Origin: Squalus acanthias
Taxonomy: Eukaryota
Reading direction: 5' to 3'
DNA length: 64,000 nucleotides
NCBI GenBank assembly: GCA_030390025.1
Contig: CM059432.1
Span: 151,158,001 to 151,222,000, forward strand
A program made the translations under genes and the position numbers. The notes below the pieces were generated by a model, which was given only the letters and a program-made list of their open reading frames with translations, was not told where the DNA came from and did not search any database. Shown in pieces: positions 59,844 to 64,000 of the stretch (position 1 is its first letter; each line of letters starts with the position of its first letter).

Positions 59844-60723
59844 GGCTGCAATTTTGTAAATAGATGCGGGTTGGGAGCGGGTCAGGTGGTTTCCGGCTTC
59901 CAGTCCCGCCCCCAACTACATCCGTCCCACGGACGTAATTTAACGTAATTTTCCCTTGATTGGCCTTGTTAAGGCTTGCGGGCTTAACGGCCAATTAACA
60001 GGAAGCGGGTCTGATGACGTCATTTGATGACGCGTCATCTGCTGGTTTTCTTAAAGGGACCACGCACAATTTTTCTTTGACAGCTTATTTCTCAGTGTTT
60101 GACAGCATTGAGGTGCTGCAAACACTGACAATCACTGTACAAAGGTGAGCTCTTGCACCCAGGCTCTCCATTGACTCCCTCCATAGGCTGGAATAGATGG
60201 CAGCTGCAGGTGAGGTGACAGGAGCGATCTGTCACTGGTGAGAGAGGTTCTCCCAATGAGGTGGAACTAGACATCGATTTCAAAACTTTTACCTACAGAA
60301 AAGTGTAAAAGCATTAAAAATGATTTTCCCAACATTTCCTTACCTCTGAAACTCACCAGTGCACCATTGGATCCTCACACCACTTCTGCAGCTGTCATCA
60401 ATGCAGAAACACTACAGCAGACTCACAACACGCCACACTTACCTGGCGTGGTGTCCGGACATCGGGAACCCCGAGGCAGAAGCGGCAAAATTGAAAAAGA
60501 GCCTGTTAACAAGTATCAAGTACCCGTTAACAGGCAGGTAAGTGGCTTTAATCCTCTTCCCGCCACTAGATGTCGGGTCCATGCGCAAATCGGGAACCCG
60601 ACACTTGGGAAAATTGCTTGGAGGCGGGTTGACGGCGGGATCGAAACCCGCCATCAATCAAAACGATTTTGACCCTTGACCCGCCTCCAAACCCGCCCTC
60701 TCAGTGCCGATAAAATCGCAGCC
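59844..60723. mobile_element. PIF/Harbinger MITE (family C-related)
   Basis: TIR GGCTGCAATTTT / AAAATCGCAGCC, flanks AGA/AAA. Shares internal motifs with 46951-47747. Confidence 0.75.
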
Positions 60724-61342
60724 AAAGAGTTTGGGCAAATGGGTATTGCGCAGATTGGAGAATGGTTGGAAGTGGTGTACCGCAGGAGTCGATGCTGGCT
60801 CCACTTATGTTCTCATAATATACAGATGATTTGGGCTCGGGCATACAGAGTACAATATCGAAATTTGTCAATGAAACATAAGTAGTCGGTTTGCCAAATA
60901 GCGAGGAAGGACTGTAAGCGATTTCAGGAAGACATTGACTGGTTAGCAGAATGGGCAGACAGGTGCCAGATGCAATTAAATATGGTCCAGCGTGAAATAA
61001 TGCATTTTGGGTGGAAAAACAAGGAATGTGAACATAAACTCAATGGAAAGACACTAAAGGATATCGATGAACAGAAGGACCAAAGGCTCAGATACATCAG
61101 TCCCTGAAAATACAAGTGCAGGTAGATGTAGCCATAAAAAAAGACCAACCACATTTTGGGTTTTATAAATCAGCGTGTAGAGTACAAGAGTAAAAAGGTA
61201 ATGATAAATTTACACAAACATGGGATAAGGCTACAGTTAAAGTGCTGTGTGCAGTTTTGGGTGCCCTATTATAGAAAAGACATTAAAGTCACAGAGCTCG
61301 TACAGTGTAGATTCACCAGGATGATACCAGGGATGGGAAACT

Positions 61343-64000
61343 ATAAGAACATAAGAACATAAGAAATAGGAGCAGGAGTCGGCCATTCGGCCCCTCGAGC
61401 CTGCTCCGCCATTCAATAAGATCATGGCTGATCTTCTACCTCATCTCCACTTTCCTACACTGTCCCCATATCCCTTGATCCCCTTAATATTCAAAAATCT
61501 ATCGATCTCTGTCTTGAATATACTCAACGAATGAGCCTCCACAGCCCTCTGAGGTAGAGAATTCCAAAGATTCACCACCCTCTGAGTGAAGAAATTTCTC
61601 CTCATCTCAGTCCTAAATGGCCGACCCCTTATTCTGAGACTGTGACCCCTGGTTCCAGACTCCCCAGCCAGGGGAAACATCCTCCCTGCATCTACCCTGT
61701 CAAGCCCTGTAAGAATTTTGTATGTTTCAATGAGCTCACCTCTCATTCTTCTAAACTCTAGAGAATATAGGCCTAGTCTACTCAATCTATCCTCATAGGA
61801 CAATCCCCCCATCCCAGGAACCAGTCTTGTGAATCTTTGTTGCACTCCCTCTATTGCAAGTATATCCTTCCTTAGGTAAGGAGACCAAAACTGTACACAA
61901 TACTCCAGGTGTGGTCTCACCAGGGCCATATATAATTGCAATAAGACGTCTTTACTCTTATACTCAAATCCTCTTGTAATAAACGGCAACATACCATTTG
62001 TTTTCCTAATTGCTTGCTGTACCTACATGTTAACTTTCAGTGATTCTTGTCAAGGACACCCAGGTCCCTCTGAACATCAACATTTCCCAATCTCTCACCA
62101 TTTAAAAAAATACTCTGCTTTTCTATTTTTTCTACCAAAGTGGATAACTTCACATTTCTCCACATTATATTCCATTTGCCATGTTCAAGCCCACTCACTT
62201 AGCCTGTCTATATCCCCTTGAAGCCTCTTTGCATCCTCCTCACAACTTACATTCCCACCCAGCTTTGTATCATCAGCAAACTTGGATATATTACGTTTGG
62301 TCCCCACATCCAAATCATTGATATAGATTGTGAATAGCTAAGGCCCAAGCACTGATCCTTGCGGTACCCCACTAGTTACAGCCTGCCAACCCGAAAATGA
62401 CCCGTTTATTCCTACTCTCTGTTTTCTGTCCGTTAACCAATCCTCAGTCCATGCTAGTATATTACCCCCAATCCCATGAGCCCTAATATTGTTTAATAAC
62501 CTCTTGTGTGGCACTTTATCGAATGCCTTCTGAAAATCCAAATACACCACATCCACTGGTTCCCCTTTATCTATTCTGCTAGTTACAACCTCAAAAAACT
62601 CCAACAGCTTGGTTAAACACGATTTCCCTTTCATAAATCCGTGTTGACTCTGCCCAATTCTATTATTATTTTCTAAGTGCCCTGTTACCACGTCCTTAAT
62701 AATAGACTCTAGCATTTTCCCTACTACTGATGTCAGGCTAACTGGTCTGTATTTCTCCGTTTTCTCTCTCCCTCCTTTCTTAAATAGTGGGGTTACATTT
62801 GCTACCTTCCAATCTGCAGGAACCGTTATAGAATCTATGGAATTTTGGAAAGTGACAACGAATGCATCCACTATCTCTATAGCCACCTCTTTCAAGACCC
62901 TAATGTAGGCCATCAGGTCCAGAGGATTTATTGGCTTTCAGTCCCATTAATTTCTGCAGTACTATTTTTTTACTAATACTAATATCTTTCAGTTCCTCAT
63001 TCTCACTAGAGCCTTGGTTCTCCACTATTTCCAGGAAGTTTTTTGCGTCTTCTTCCGTGAAGACAGACACAAAGTATTTGTTTAATTTCTCAGCCATTTC
63101 CTTATTCCCCATTATAATTTCTCCTGTCTAGCCTGTAAGGGACCCACATTTACTTTTGCTAATCTTTTCCTTTTTATATACCTTCTTCTTCTTCTTAGGC
63201 AGTCCCTGAGAACCGAGGATGACTTGCTTCCACGTTAAAAATGAGTTCAGAGGTGACTGATGAGTCCAATGCGGGACCTACAGTCTCTGTCATAGGTGGG
63301 GCAGACGGTGGTTGAAGGGGCCTATAGAAGCTTTTACAGTCTGTTTTTATGTCTCTCGCTAGTTTACTCTCATATTCTATTTTTCCATTTCTTTATCAAT
63401 TTCTTGGTCCTCCTTTGCTGAATTCTAAAATCCTCCCAATCCTCAGGCTTACTACTCTTTTTGGCAACATTATAAGCCTCTTCCTTTGATCTAATACTAT
63501 CTTTAACTTCTCTTGTTAGCCACAGTTGGACCACTTTTCCTGTGGGGTTTTTGTGCCTTAAAGGAATGTATATTTGTTGTAAATTATGTATTAATTCTTT
63601 AAATACTAGCCATTTCTCGTCCACTGTCATACCTTTTAATTTAGTTTCCCAATCTACCTTAGCCAACTCGCCCCTCATACCTACGTAGTTTGCTTTGTTT
63701 AGATTTAAGACCCGAGTTTTGGATTTAACTAAGTCACTTTCAAACTCAATATAAAATTCTATCATATTATGGTCACTATTCCCTAAAGCCCCTTTACTAC
63801 AAGGTTATTAATTAACCCTTTCTCATTGCACAATACTAGATCTAAAATAACCTGTTCCCTAGTTGGTTCCTCAACGTAATGATCTAGAAAACTATCTTGC
63901 ATACATTCCATGAATTCGTCCTCCACACTATTACTGCAAATTTGGTTTGCCCAGTCTATAAGTAGATTAAAGTCCCCCATGATTACTGTATTATACTTGT
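61343..64000 (-). mobile_element. CR1 LINE ORF2 (EN C-terminus to tail), running off the window
   Basis: MGDFNL, LDLVLCN and RT motifs, with a (TTCTTATGT)n tail. Same subfamily as 28130-31648. Confidence 0.95.
63184..63320 (-). mobile_element. RTE-clade LINE 3' tip with (GAA)n tail
   Basis: Minus strand gives TVCPTYDRDCRSRIGLISHL*TH, the RTE C-terminal C2H2-like motif. Inserted in CR1 with CCT repeated. Confidence 0.75.

Larger units (their letters stand above)
57930..61342 (+). mobile_element. Old, highly degenerate CR1 split by two MITEs
   Basis: KKGEKDKLDNYGPVGL, YMDLRKAFD and CVQFWVPYYRKDI remnants in 57930-58662, 59555-59843 and 60724-61342. Confidence 0.7.

Noticed and set aside
63256..63285. 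Apparent hammerhead CTGATGA-GTCC...GGAC
   Set aside because: No GAAA after the helix. It is the antisense of RTE coding sequence (SRIGLISH).

Overview
Repeat-dense vertebrate genomic DNA, almost certainly from a cartilaginous fish (shark-type CR1 LINEs, Deu-domain and HE1-like SINEs, Penelope-like elements). I could not recognise any host protein-coding gene. Nearly all long ORFs are CR1, L2 or Penelope fragments, or artefacts of tandem repeats. The window contains many CR1 fragments (two retaining ORF1 SGNH esterase remnants), a second LINE family, L2 and RTE 3' ends, Penelope-like elements (PLEs) of two families carrying minimal hammerhead ribozymes, at least three families of PIF/Harbinger non-autonomous elements with 3-bp TSDs, a 1.24-kb solo LTR, and four G/C-rich minisatellite arrays. 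Highlights: (1) a TSD-bounded composite PLE insertion (38357-42201) with 1.14-kb inverted arms that captured 1.23 kb of DNA from an older PLE locus 19 kb away; (2) hammerhead ribozymes with a covarying helix II, where three inversion breakpoints fall; (3) a 3.4-kb CpG-rich 26-bp satellite that expanded inside an L2 3' tail with a GC-shifted unit. Coordinates were read by eye, and the ends of degenerate repeats are approximate.
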